A stretch of DNA of 63,976 nt, the filler included, from Trichomonas gallinae (lineage: Eukaryota): assembly GCA_008369845.1 (NCBI GenBank). It is 8 parts of 8 records of this genome, joined end to end, with 100 filler letters (N's around TTAATTAATTAA, not from the genome) between each part and the next. Parts side by side here need not be neighbours in the genome. Positions count along the whole stretch, not along the records: positions 44,721 to 54,072 come from MRSU01000366.1; positions 54,173 to 57,469 come from MRSU01000374.1; 6 more parts are not named here. The stretch is one strand, 5' to 3'. The translations under genes and the position numbers were made by a program. The notes below the pieces were generated by a model. The model did not search any database and was not told the origin of the DNA. It saw nothing but the letters and a program-made list of their open reading frames with translations. Position 1 is the first letter of the stretch. Each line of letters begins with the position of its first letter. This document shows, one piece after another, positions 44,721-57,569 of this stretch.

Positions 44721-45217
44721 CACTTTGTCTCTGGCTTGAGATCTTCATCGTTGACACCAAGAACGAGTGTGCACTCGATCTCGTCAGCAGATGGGACGGA
44801 TAGGACGACCTTCTTAGCGCCGGAGATGATGTGGCCGTCATAACCATCCTTGACGACCTTGCCGTCAGCACCAATTTCAGCCTTTGTGCGGAAGATGCCT
44901 GTGGACTCGAGGACGACATCGATGCCGAGCTCCTTCCATGGGAGCTGGGATGGGCCTAAGCGGCCACCGAGGGACTTAACGATCCACTTGTCGGCACCAT
45001 CACCAACTGTGAATGTCTGAGCAGCCTCATCGACTGTGACTGGCTCTGGGAATGCGCGGTGAGCTGTATCGTACTTAAGGAGGTAAACGTTTGTCTTGAT
45101 GTCACCAAGATCGTGGATAGCGACGACCTGGATGTCCTTTGGATAGAGCTTGCGGCAAGCGCGGAAGACGAGACGGCCGATTCTGCCAAAACCGTTGATA
45201 GCAACCTTAACAACCAT
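44721..45217 (-). CDS. GAPDH: Glyceraldehyde-3-phosphate dehydrogenase, parabasalid type (5' part, truncated by gap)
   Basis: VKVAINGFGRIGRLVFR, LLKYDTAH, VLESTG, GAKKVVLSVP; strong codon bias; Inr TCATTTTT upstream. Confidence 0.97.
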
Positions 45218-46458
45218 GTTAAGCTGAAAAATGAAGTAATGATTTTCTCTTCACAAACATTTTCATTACTTGTTGGTCAGTTCACTGTCAATCGCTCATT
45301 ACTCAACAAATATGTTTGTATTGTGCAGTATTATTATACAACAAAAATCGACTTTCATTTCTCCCATTCGATTTTTTCAATATCGTTTTAACAATCGTCA
45401 TTTTTCAAATTTTACGGGCGTGAAAAATGTTGGAAATGTATAAAAATTATCCAATGTATGATATTTTTCATTTCTGTGGATTTTGGATTTGAATTAAAAA
45501 TAATCGTATTTTTTTCTTTTCCTTTACATATTATATGTTTTTATTTATTGTAATTCTGTTATTTGTTTGATTCAATAGAAAAATTATCCTTGAGTGGTCG
45601 AAGTTTTCTCAATTTTTTTTTTTTTTTTTTGTTACTTTTCGAACCAATCATTGACGTATTTTAACAGTGAAAATGGTTTGTAGACAACCATTAAGACAGT
45701 TTTCATGGAATACTTTTGCGTAGTTTTGCTTTCGAAAAATTTTTTAAAATTATTGGCTTAGAACATAAAATAAGACTCTTATATGGTTAGTAAAATGAAT
45801 ATTCTGAACACATCTTCCAAAAAAATTCCAAAATTAAAAAAAAATTAAAATATTCAATTATTCACAAAAATACTCTTGAAATAGTTTACTAGTACGCATA
45901 ATAATACAATTATTGATCGTTCATTAACAAATCTCAAATATCATCTTTTTGCAATAAAATCGAGTAAAAACACATATGTTCATATCGAATGATCTATATA
46001 CTGATTTGTCATTGCATAATTTTATAATGTGATTCATCAAGAAGGAATATTTGATTTTAAAATCAGATTTCTTAATCAATTATGCGAGATTAATCGTTAT
46101 ATCATTGATTTAATATTATATTGAATTATTTTTCCAGAGCTAAACATCTAATATTCTTTTAAAATCTCTAAATATTAAATATCATGAATTATTCAAACTA
46201 TTTTACTTTAAAACCTGATATATTTTCATTACCCTGTAATTTGATAATGAACTCATTACAAAAATGTTTGATCATAATTTTCTGAAGAAAGTCGTTAATT
46301 CAATTTGGTAAAAATTCAAACATAATGACTCATTTTTGATCAATTCATGAACAAAACATCTTTTCAGTGTTTATATATGAGACTATTGCATGAATTTTCT
46401 AAAAAAATGTTTTCAGTCTGTCACTTTTTGAATGATTTTTTGTCACTTTTCTTTCCCA

Positions 46459-47721
46459 ATGATTCCATTTATAATAATGAACATTTACAAGGCTGAAACA
46501 GAAGTCGAGTATCAGGTTGTAGATAATTCTTTCATTCAGATAGGTACTGGAAAACCTGCAATTTCTACCAAATTTAACGAAACTTTAACAATTCCAAATA
46601 GAATCGAAGGAAAAATAGTGACCATTTTATCCGAATGGGCATTTGCAAACTGTACTGTAACTGTTTTGAAGCTTCCTGATACAATTACTACAATAAAAAA
46701 ATATTGTTTTAGAAATTGTAGAGTAGAGCGATTTGTTTGTCCAAATAGTGTTGTAAATATTCAAGAATCGATATTTAGATGGGCAAGAACCCGTGTTGCT
46801 GATTTTCGAAAAACAAAGATTGTAAATTTCGAAGGATCTTATCATTTTGCATCGTCTAACATTAGAGTCATATTTTTACCAGAAACACTCGTAGAAATAC
46901 CTGGTCATTTTGCATTTAATTCGAAATTAAATAATATAACAATCACAAAAAACGTTAAAAACATTCTTCACTCAGCTTTTGCATGTTGTTCGGAATTATC
47001 AATATTTTGGAACCAAAGTCCACATTACTTCATCTATCAGAGAGGACTTTATTCAAGAGATTTACTCACATTAATTGGTTATCCAAGCAAATGGGAGTCA
47101 GACATACTTCCAACGATAAAATATATCGACCCTGCACGCGGATTCAGTGGCTCTTCATTCCCAAGTTTCAACTTAAACGCAGTTGTTGAGAAAATTTCTG
47201 ATAATGCTTTTCGAGACATGAAAAACCTTGTTTCCATCGATTTAAGTCGCGCCAAAGCTACAAGCATAGGAAGGTTTTGCTTCCACGGCTGTATAAGGCT
47301 CAATGACGTAATTTTGCCGGAGACAGTTAAGAAACTGATGCCTTTTTCATTCACAAAGTGTCCATTAACGGTTCTAATTTTGCCTGACAACGTGGAAACT
47401 GCTGAGGGTGCGTTCACTGATTGCGCTATACAGGAGGTACATTATTGCGGGTCAAATGCAATCTCAGGAGAATTACACCCGAATTGCATTGTTCATTTAA
47501 CTGATTATTATCCTTTCCACACTTTTATGGGCATAGATAATATACTGAGAGATAGTAAATGCGTTGATGTTGAAAAGGATCTTGAAGATGTTGATGAATT
47601 CATGAAATCAAACGCATTTAATAAATCTCCGAAAATCATCAAAGAAGTGACAGAATTGATAAGGGATGCTCTTACCAATTTCAATAATGATATTCAAGAT
47701 GAAATTAATGATGAACTTTGA
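46459..47721 (+). CDS. BspA-like (TpLRR) leucine-rich repeat protein
   Basis: Repeats LPDTITTIKKYCF, LPETLVEIPGHFA, LPETVKKLMPFSF. Inr TCACTTTT before ATG 46459; alternative start 46432. Confidence 0.88.
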   Translation: MIPFIIMNIYKAETEVEYQVVDNSFIQIGTGKPAISTKFNETLTIPNRIEGKIVTILSEWAFANCTVTVLKLPDTITTIKKYCFRNCRVERFVCPNSVVNIQESIFRWARTRVADFRKTKIVNFEGSYHFASSNIRVIFLPETLVEIPGHFAFNSKLNNITITKNVKNILHSAFACCSELSIFWNQSPHYFIYQRGLYSRDLLTLIGYPSKWESDILPTIKYIDPARGFSGSSFPSFNLNAVVEKISDNAFRDMKNLVSIDLSRAKATSIGRFCFHGCIRLNDVILPETVKKLMPFSFTKCPLTVLILPDNVETAEGAFTDCAIQEVHYCGSNAISGELHPNCIVHLTDYYPFHTFMGIDNILRDSKCVDVEKDLEDVDEFMKSNAFNKSPKIIKEVTELIRDALTNFNNDIQDEINDEL

Positions 47722-50320
47722 AATATTTATATAATGAATTAGAATTATTATCAGTGCTTGCGAATCCAATTGAATTCGACCATGTACAGATGTTTATAAT
47801 ATTTACAATTGAATATATTATTAATTTTGAAAAATTTGAAATTTTGTATATTTGTTTAAATAGATTTGTTTACCATGTAGTTTATATGAACGTATTTCAT
47901 ATTATTAATGAAGTTTTACCCATGCTTAACCCCGATTGATCAATGAAATTATGTAATTGGCTTTATAAGTTTGATACTTTGGAATTATGTGTTTCATGAA
48001 TAGCTTAGTATGGATATAATAATAGATTTGCTTAATGAAATTAGACAAATTCGATTTAGAATATTTTGCTTCGAAATCAGGTGCATTATTATAGATGCCA
48101 CAATCGATTGTGTTTTATAAAAGGATAATAGCCGAAATTCAATTTTTAGAAAGGACAGATCATATTATTATCAAACTTTTAAAATATTGACCCATATAAC
48201 CTATACTCGAGACTGTCTGGTAGATTTTTGAATGCCTATTGAAAAATTAAAAGTTTGGTATTGTTTGAACAAAAAAATGAACGTTCGACAAATTTTGAAT
48301 GAGAGTATTTGTATTTAGGCTCAGATATGATGCTAGTTGCATAGAAACCAATAATATTAAAAATTAAAAAAAATCAAATTAAATATATTAAGTTTTAAAC
48401 GTTGCAACAACATTGCATGTGTGATAAGCTAAATAAATGCAGTGGAAAAATAATTATCCAATGAACAAAAATATTTTAATTATCGTGCAAATATCAAAGT
48501 AATAGCACTAATATGCCCATGGAATGGGCCACTCATATCTTTATGAGCAGTCAGAGTAATGTTATAATCCAGTGGAATTTGTATTGGGTCAGATGCATAA
48601 AATTGAATGTTGATGTTTTTCAAAGTAAGTCTTTCAAGGACATCAGAAAATAATTGAGCTAGATTCAAAAAGTGTAACGTGAATGGACCGTTTTTTACCA
48701 ATGAACCTGGCTGCTTACATCTATCTCCGGTTATGTATAAAATCTCGATGCAATCAAAAAAAAATTGGATTTAAAAATTGAATAAAAGTGAAAAATTATT
48801 GACTAAATAAACATTATAAAGGCCAGCCTTATTAGTTTATTCATACAAAATCCGTTGATAAAGTTGTGAGACTATCGAAAATCAATAATTTTCAAAAGAG
48901 TATAGAAATCTAATTGTATATTCTTCATCTGGTGAAGAATATACAATTCTAAAACAGCAAAATGATAGCAATGTTCGTGTATGATTGGAACGGCGAGTTT
49001 AATTAATTATCTCGAAAATTTATTTTAATCAAAAAATATTGATTAAAACAAACAAAATATAAGAAAATATATGATGAATATGCATATATAATATTCATAT
49101 ATCGATTAATTTATTACTTATCAATTAATTGATCAAAATATCAAGAAAAATATATAAAATATGGTTTTCAAGTACATTAAATGATTAATTAAAATCATTA
49201 CCAAAATGAATGCAATGGGATACATTATCTTTCTCCATATACTTAATGATAAAAACAATACTTTAAAATTCTGTCTAAGTTAATGATGCTTAAATCAATA
49301 CATACAAGTTTCTCAAAGGAATTATACTATCAAAATAGCCGCAGAAACAATATAAGAAAAATTTATTGTTTTAAATTAGCAGAATAATGAATACAAATTA
49401 TAAGCGATGTGCAAATATTACAGATTCGCTTACCATGTTTGTGTCGATTTACAAAATTCAAAGAATTTTGGAGAGATTTTCTTAGAATTTATAAAGTGTG
49501 GAATAAAAATATTCCTTTACTAATTCTTAATCCAATGATTAAGAAATTGGAACATTTTTCATTTAAATTGAAAAGAAATCAAAATTCCTCTGTTATTTAA
49601 ATATCAATATGATAACTATTGAGAAAACAATCGAGTCACGTATAAACGGATGATCAGAAAATTATCTGAATTTATGTTTCTGACAAACTCATTTTTGAAT
49701 ACTTTGGAATTTTGAATCAATTTTTTTTCTTCGATAAATTGCTATTATAACCGGAATTTAAAACATGAAACCATAATGTAAACTCAATAATTTTTTGAAT
49801 AGAAATTCAAGGAAAAAATATTTTTGTCAAAAAATATCAACGATTCTATCATATTATCTCCTTAAGGATTTCACGACATTCTCAATACGCATAAAGTATT
49901 CAATTGGTATTTTGAATAGTTTATATTTAATTATAATATTTTCAAAACTATTTGAATATCTGAAATAGATATAAGTCAAGAACACGTCGAGCTAAACATT
50001 CTCAGAAAATCATATTTATTTTATTGAAGGAGACTATTCAAATGTGAGCTACTTTGTTTTCTTGTCAGCATCGCTGTAATATGCTTTTTAGAAGTCCACG
50101 ATTGGTTATTTATAATTGTTGTTTTCTAATTCTATGTTTATTTTTTGAAAGAACGTTTTAATTTTCAAATCCTAGCATTCAAATTAATTATATCATTATT
50201 ACGCCGCATAAACCACGAATAATAGACTAATAATATTTTCGCATTTAATTAAACCAATCCATTGAATTTTTAATTTGAAAAGCACGTCCTTCATTTTTTA
50301 GAAAAACTCAAAATTTGATA

Positions 50321-50719
50321 ATGAACGTTCAAGTCATGACTCCTTCGATGCCATTACCTGTGGCGAATTCCAAAAGGACTACCTCTCAGAGCAATAGGGA
50401 CCATGAGATGGTTAAGTCGCGATCTTCGAGTTTAGGTCCGAAACTCGATCTCGTCAGTGGACAACTTAAGAGAATGTACGGAGCAAACGTGACAGCTGTT
50501 TCTCTGCTACATCGGGCAAATAATCTTGAAAGGATTCTTGGAATAACTGTCGATAGGCTGGCACGTAGAAATCGCCAAGCATTATTTTGCTGGTTCACGG
50601 AGAATTGGGAACTTATTCAACCCATATTGACCCAAAATAGTAGAAAGGCGATCCATATACAGCCAATTATTGAATTCACAGATGTTTCGGATTTATCTCG
50701 ATTGCTGAATTATCATTGA
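50321..50719 (+). CDS. Small trichomonad-type hypothetical protein (DRLARRNRQALFCWFTENW motif)
   Basis: 132-aa ORF with coding-like composition in a gene-poor region; motif shared with the 17517 gene. Confidence 0.75.
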   Translation: MNVQVMTPSMPLPVANSKRTTSQSNRDHEMVKSRSSSLGPKLDLVSGQLKRMYGANVTAVSLLHRANNLERILGITVDRLARRNRQALFCWFTENWELIQPILTQNSRKAIHIQPIIEFTDVSDLSRLLNYH

Positions 50720-52175
50720 TCGAAGTTATGCAGTCAGCTATGTTTATTTTGTTTTGTTTAAAGAATACTTTCTAATCTCAATATTATTTCGTTTTTTAAG
50801 AAATATTGATATCCGATTATTTCTCTTTTCGGTATGAAAGTTTTATATTTTTAACATAAATAAAAATTCCCCCCTGAATATGGTGAAGAACACTTGCTCT
50901 CGCATTAATTCAAAAATCGATTCTTAAATTTATTCATTTTGCACGAAAAGGTCGAGGAAATATGAATATAGTAGTGATAAACATTAATATCCCGCAAATA
51001 TTCCATGCGATTAGGTGAATACAGGCTGCCAATTTCATATTATTGAATAACTATAGATGTATTACTATCTATAGATCATAGGCAGCTATAATCCAGTCGA
51101 ATGACCTGAGATTCATAAATATGGGGATTGTTTCGATCATATATTATCTTACAAATCAATCGAATCACTATGTTACACTTAAATTCAATACTTCTCCTCG
51201 AATATAACTGAATTCTCTAAGAAATAGTCTATTTTAAACTATTTTTGGCATTGATATCTTAAAATTTAAACTTATTTTTGATTAATGAGCCTAGATGGTG
51301 TGAATAAGAATCTTATGCGTAGTAAACGTTTCCTATCAGATAAATCTTTGATATATCTAATTTTGGAATAATCTCAATTTAATAAGATTTTTAATGCACA
51401 GGATCTAGTATCGGTAAGTCTATCTTAGTATATATATTATTACGTACGTTAACATGGTTAATTATTTATGATTAATTTATTTCCGAAATTGGAAATTTTG
51501 ACACTGATATAATGGAATCAATTGCCATTTTACGAAAAGCTACAGCATGCATAAATACTCATGATACTAAATAAGAAATGTAGTCAAAATACGGGCTATG
51601 ATGGAAAATTATTTTTGCGTTGAACGACTCTATATGTGATCCGGAGAGATTCTCATTATCAATATCCTATATAAGCATTATACATTTATTTGTTTTGATT
51701 TATCTTGTTTTATTTAAATCTGTATCAAAAATATTTTGCTTACACTCCATCATTTCAATAAAGATTTGAATGGTTTTCATATCTAATCTCTATAGAATTA
51801 TAATACACATATATACGAATTCAAATTCATAATATTTCAAAACTGCACGAAAAATCCATGTTTTTTCGAAGATATGAATGAATAAGAGACTGTAAAACTT
51901 AGTAGTTATATGAAGAACAAGCTAATGAATTTGCCATTACTATGTTAACATATAAATTCGAATTACATATCTATATATTCTCAATGAAAACAGGTCTTGG
52001 AAAAATAATATGATTTTTGACATATAGAATTGCATTACATGGCATAACAGATTTACGTGTCAAATAATAATTCTGCCAATGTAACGAAAACAAAAATTAT
52101 AATCATTAGAAAATATATATTAATATTTATAAAAATTCACAAGTTGAAAAGATTACAAATTTTGCTCAAAAATTA

Positions 52176-53237
52176 ATGGAACTGAAACCACTTGAAATTA
52201 CCGATAAAGGGATTGGCTCAAATTGCAGCTCGAAGAAGAATTCCCCTAAGAAGGCGCCAAAGTCAGAACAAAACTTTCCTTGGACTTATTACATCATTGA
52301 TTCACCTCGCTGCGAAAAAGCTTTAGATACATTCAGAAATGACGGCACTTTGCCGTCAGTTCTCCAGAGGCCGCAGATTGCCCAGTACATCAAGCGAATG
52401 CAAGTGTCAGCGATGTTAATGGGTGATTATGCAGCAGCTGAGAAATACAAAGCCGATGCTGAGAATTTCATTAAGGTATGCAAAGACTCACTTAACGAAG
52501 ATAATGCAACTTTTTACAAGCATAAATTAAAACACGAAATTTTAGAATTGCACAATCAAATACAATTGATTAATCAAAGATTCGATAATGATATATACAT
52601 GCTTATTTCAGAGAAAAAGAAGCTCAAAGAGCAAATAGACCAAAAATACAAAGTAAATTACGATGAATTCATTAAAAAATGGGAGAGTGAAAACATATTA
52701 CGAGACTTTAATAGACAATCTGTTGAACTTCTTACGCTCAGATCGAAAGAAAAATCATTAATTTTTGAAAAAGATTATTACGGCGCTGCTCAATTAAAGA
52801 AAGATGCCGATTTACTCGAAAAACAAGAAACTAAACAAGCCCAGGCCCGAGCTCAACAAGTAATGATGGCTGAACGCGAGGCAATAGATAAGGACTATGA
52901 TAAACAGCAAAATCAACTTAGTAACATCATCAATCGTAAAATCAAACGCGTTGAAAGACAACGAGAAGAAATTATTCACCAGATAAATGCAAGAATTAAT
53001 AAACTTGTTATGGATCGTGATAAAGGATACTTCCCAGATCCTCTTGATGCATCCTTTGATACAGAAACAATGTTCCAAAGGACTCCTATGGCTATTTCAA
53101 CACCAAGAACTCGACAAAAACTTGTTCAATTTAGATGCACAAAGAATACACAGAAGTTACGGCTAAATGGATTCAAAGCAATACCAATGGATCCTAAAGT
53201 CAAACTTATTGTTCCAAAACTGGCCCAATCAAGATAA
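52176..53237 (+). CDS. Coiled-coil hypothetical protein
   Basis: 353-aa ORF with two DY..A..(L/Y)K..A helical motifs. Confidence 0.8.
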   Translation: MELKPLEITDKGIGSNCSSKKNSPKKAPKSEQNFPWTYYIIDSPRCEKALDTFRNDGTLPSVLQRPQIAQYIKRMQVSAMLMGDYAAAEKYKADAENFIKVCKDSLNEDNATFYKHKLKHEILELHNQIQLINQRFDNDIYMLISEKKKLKEQIDQKYKVNYDEFIKKWESENILRDFNRQSVELLTLRSKEKSLIFEKDYYGAAQLKKDADLLEKQETKQAQARAQQVMMAEREAIDKDYDKQQNQLSNIINRKIKRVERQREEIIHQINARINKLVMDRDKGYFPDPLDASFDTETMFQRTPMAISTPRTRQKLVQFRCTKNTQKLRLNGFKAIPMDPKVKLIVPKLAQSR

Positions 53238-53843
53238 TTGAATTTATTCCGTTGTTAATGCTTTACTTCTTTATATGGGTTTGTATTTCCTATACTCATG
53301 TTAATTTTACTTACTGTTCTTTTTGTATTATAAGATTATTATAAATAAATTGTTTGCTTTCTGTTATTTACTGAGATACGATGTCATGTATTGAATTTGA
53401 AAGATAGACACAAAAAACTTTATTTTATTGGTTTATTATCTACTATTCTAAGTATTTAAGAAAAATAATTTCAAATTTTGAAATATTTATGAGATGCAAA
53501 AAAATAATCATGAGGATAACACACTAAAGTATTAATATAGTAATATAAACTATAGAAATACTGAAACTCATCATTGTCAAACCATTTTTGTGAATTGTTT
53601 ATTCTCGATTATCGCATCAAAAAGTGAAAAATATCACAATAAAGACACTTTATGAAACACTATAAATGGTATTATCATATGTATGTAAGTTGTTAGGATA
53701 CTATGATATAGTATCTTAGTTCAGGATATCTTCATGGAGGATAATTTATTCGGTTTTGTTACACCGTAATAAATATTATTCTCAAAATCATAAATGAACT
53801 TAAAAATTCCAATCCCTTTGAGATGGTGGTTTATTATTTGTCA

Positions 53844-53990
53844 TATAGTAGCCGCAAAAAGTAAAGTCCACTTTCTCCCAATATTGAGACATTTGTAAAC
53901 CTAGAATTGTTTTATTATTTTTCTTCCATACTTAAAATCACGTAAACTTCAGAAAAAGTTAAAAATGGACTTTACTTTTTTCCCCGCCAA
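53844..53990. mobile_element. MITE-like / Tc1-mariner-like terminal remnant
   Basis: Perfect 15-bp inverted repeat AAAAAGTAAAGTCCA (53856-53870) / TGGACTTTACTTTTT (53966-53980) close to a contig end. Confidence 0.4.
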
Positions 53991-54072
53991 AAACCATAGA
54001 AAAATATACTTTTTACTAATGCATTATTGTCTATTTTAGGTCGCGAATGATATGCAAACATAAAAGATTTTG

Positions 54073-54172
54073 NNNNNNNNNNNNNNNNNNNNNNNNNNNN
54101 NNNNNNNNNNNNNNNNTTAATTAATTAANNNNNNNNNNNNNNNNNNNNNNNNNNNNNNNNNNNNNNNNNNNN
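54073..54172. other. Assembly gap with artificial linker
   Basis: N44-TTAATTAATTAA-N44. Confidence 0.98.
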
Positions 54173-54692
54173 TATTGTTTTATTTGTTTTTCTATAAACA
54201 AAATCAAGGATTTAAGCGATTTGTCTATTATTTCCACATCTACAAAGCATCAAAAGACAACTTTCAAAATATCTTTAATAAAATTACTCAAATTTTCAAT
54301 CAAACTTTTCTTCCTCATGACTTCTACTCGTAAATTCTTGAATAACCAATAGATATCATGTGTCCAGTGTGATGTACACAGTATTTATTTGTGTAAGATA
54401 TCATTATTGATTTGAACGCATATAATTTTCGGTGATCATCCTCCTAAACATCAATATTTTCATTTTAGTGACCATTACATCATATAATTGCTTTCGAAAT
54501 GTCTTCCACACTTAATGAATTTCGATTATTGAATTAATAATTCGGTTGTTTTGCGAAAGCTTTGTAACCAATGCGCTAACAAGAGAGCATGTTATATACA
54601 GTGAGAAAAATCTAAGAAATATTTTTTTTAGATTAAATTTTATAAACAAATCTGTATAGGGCAATCAAACAACAAAAGCAGCACAGTGCTGG

Positions 54693-55205
54693 TTAGAATG
54701 TTATCCCAAAGATTTCTTCGAATGGGATTTTATCAAAATTAAATATTTCTGCGAACATGCTATCATTCTCCTGAATGGATATGATATTAGAGATTGGTGC
54801 AGTCTGAGCAGCAACGATTTTTTGTGCTTTTGGCTGATGCTTTTCTTCTTTTGATGCTTTTTTAATAGCACGTCTTTGTCTCAGTTTATAGCGATTTCGT
54901 ACGCAGTTTCCAGATCTGTTGGGGAAGAATTCCGCGATCTTATGCCATCTAGATCCATATTCTGCATATAATTCATCGAGAAGCTGATCTTCTTCAACGC
55001 TCCATGGCTCGTTCGAGAGTTCAGGTGAAATGTAGTTAATCCATCTCTCACGACACTGGCGTGGTGTCCTATTTTTCATATCTTTCGAGATTCGATCCCA
55101 ATCGCCAACACCATACTTTTCAACGAGCTGAGTCAGCACATTGTCTTCCTCACGTGTAAACTTGATTTTTGGTACTAAGCAATGCGCCCTGGACCTTGAA
55201 GTCAT
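54693..55205 (-). CDS. R2R3 Myb-like DNA-binding protein
   Basis: KFTREED...W..I...RTPRQCRERWINY...PWSVEEDQLL...GSRW..IA..FPNRSGNCVRNRY. ATG at 55205. Confidence 0.95.
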   Translation of the reverse strand: MTSRSRAHCLVPKIKFTREEDNVLTQLVEKYGVGDWDRISKDMKNRTPRQCRERWINYISPELSNEPWSVEEDQLLDELYAEYGSRWHKIAEFFPNRSGNCVRNRYKLRQRRAIKKASKEEKHQPKAQKIVAAQTAPISNIISIQENDSMFAEIFNFDKIPFEEIFGITF

Positions 55206-57469
55206 GATATTTAGAAATAAATGAAGAAAAATATTTAATTTTGAATAGTCTCTCAATTTTTCTGAAGGTTATTGCAAGATTTTCAGACAAACCGTTTTTC
55301 AAGTTCACTTTTGAATGGTTTATACTTCGCATGCACGTTAACTTTTTTCATCAAAAATTCGAAATATTGGTATACACTATGTTTAATAATAATATTATCA
55401 TAAATCCATTTTTTATTTTTCCAAATATTATGCTCTGTATCATCTAATAAGCAATATTTGTTGTCTTAAAAAGAAAGACGCACGTTAGGTAAATTTGAAT
55501 AAATTTTCATAAATCACTTATCTATGTTTAGAGAATACAAATGGATAAAATTTGAAATTGAATAACTGCTTTCAAAACTTTCTCATTTCAATTTTACTGG
55601 TTTGCTTATTTAACTATGGAGAGTGATATATAATTGATCAAAAATCGAATTCAAAAATATTTTTTGAAAGATTTGTTTATTAAACATTGATATATTATGT
55701 TTACTTTCAAATTATTTTGAGAAAGTTATTTTAAGTTGTTCATCTGTTTTTTATTGATTCTTTTTTTTCCTAAATTTATATCATCACGTTCAATGTAAAT
55801 TTATGACTAATTTTGATAGCAAAAAAAAAAATTGAAATCACCTTAAAAAAATTTTTTTTATCACTTTTGAGATTGAGGATTCTAATTGCTATGATGAAAA
55901 AAACAATCATAAAACAGGCATTTTCGATGTTTATGGTCTTGTTTTCGGTTACTCATCCATTGAATATTTTTTTACAAAAGAATTTTTCTCGTTGATAAAT
56001 GTTGAATAAAATTAAAATTGCGTAGGAATTCTTAATTTGCAGGCGTACAAAATGTTTTTCTTTTTTCGTTAGTAAATTTGAGAAGATGACGGGCGGTTAA
56101 AACGAATCATTTCTTTTTGAAATATTGAACGTGACAAGTGTTGACATCAGGATATAACTGCTGAAAAGGATATTGGATGAAATATGGAATAGGAACATCG
56201 AAATCATTTATTTAAATTTTTTTTCAAATCATTCAAATTTAAGTCGCTTTGGAAAGGCAATTATAATAAATGATACATCCAATGCAATAATTTCCAATTA
56301 ATATTTTTCAATTTTAAACAATATTTTATCAAAAATGGAAAAATCAAAACCATGTTCAAAAATCATATCAGCATAACAATCATATCATCATAATGATCAT
56401 AAATGGTTAAAATGGGAAGGAATTCAAATATTCAACTTATTTTCTTTATTTTTGTTCCATCGATCATATTTTTCAGCAAAATATATTGATATGAAATCAA
56501 TGCAACAATTTTCAGAGGTTTTATTTTGATTGAATATTTGTTCAATGTTAAATTAAAAAAACGATTTAAAAACCATTGAATATAGATCTGATGACACTCC
56601 ATATTCCGATCTCATTCGAATTGATGTTATTTTTGATCTCAATTAATCTTTTTTTGTAGATTCGTTGAAACTCAATCTGAAATGTTTATAGTTTTACTTT
56701 ACACATTGTGCTAATTAAAAATTGAATGTGATATACAATCAAACACAATTCCAAACATGATTTTTTTTAATCAAAATCCAAAACTACCAACCATTCATTT
56801 TTTTGGGGTATGAATGTCTCTCTATAGATATTTCATTCTGAAGTCCCAATTCTATCTTATTCAATATCAATTATTAAGCTATTCGATAATTTTACATTGT
56901 TTCAGACATGCTACAGCATTGTTGACATATATTACGATGTTATAAAGAAAAATATCGAAAAATTAAGTTCGAATATTAATTCAAATATTAAATTGCAATT
57001 TGCTTATGTCGCCTACTTTATACGCCTGCAAAATAAGATGATATCTGCTTATAAAAAGGGATAATTAGAATAATAATTTCGAAGTTTGGAAATCATGCTT
57101 TAATATATGCTTATGACCATTATACAACTTTGACAACCTATGTTATCGCATGGCAATGATGTTATTCATGATTTAGTCAATGTTATGTACAATCTAATCA
57201 TTTATTAAAAAAATGATTTATTGTTTATCTGTTTACTTTTTGTCTGGAATTCCATCAAAAATGAATCATATATAAAGTTAAAATTCATTAATTATACCAT
57301 AGATGAATAACTGCGTTAAGATTATGAATATAACTTTTTAGTTACAGCAGATTCTGTCAGAACAAGACAATTTTGATGATTATCTATTATTATCATTTGA
57401 AATGTTATCATTTTTCATCATTTAAAATATAAATTAGTTTTACTTCCAAATTGTCCAGCCATCAATTTC

Positions 57470-57569
57470 NNNNNNNNNNNNNNNNNNNNNNNNNNNNNNN
57501 NNNNNNNNNNNNNTTAATTAATTAANNNNNNNNNNNNNNNNNNNNNNNNNNNNNNNNNNNNNNNNNNNN
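57470..57569. other. Assembly gap with artificial linker
   Basis: N44-TTAATTAATTAA-N44. Confidence 0.98.

Noticed and set aside
48480..48750. Short minus-strand open frame lacking an upstream ATG
   Set aside because: No start codon context and no motif; at most a gene remnant.
56230..56800. Minus-strand degenerate coding-like stretch (CIDFISIYF...IPSHF)
   Set aside because: Many stops and frameshifts; family cannot be assigned by eye.
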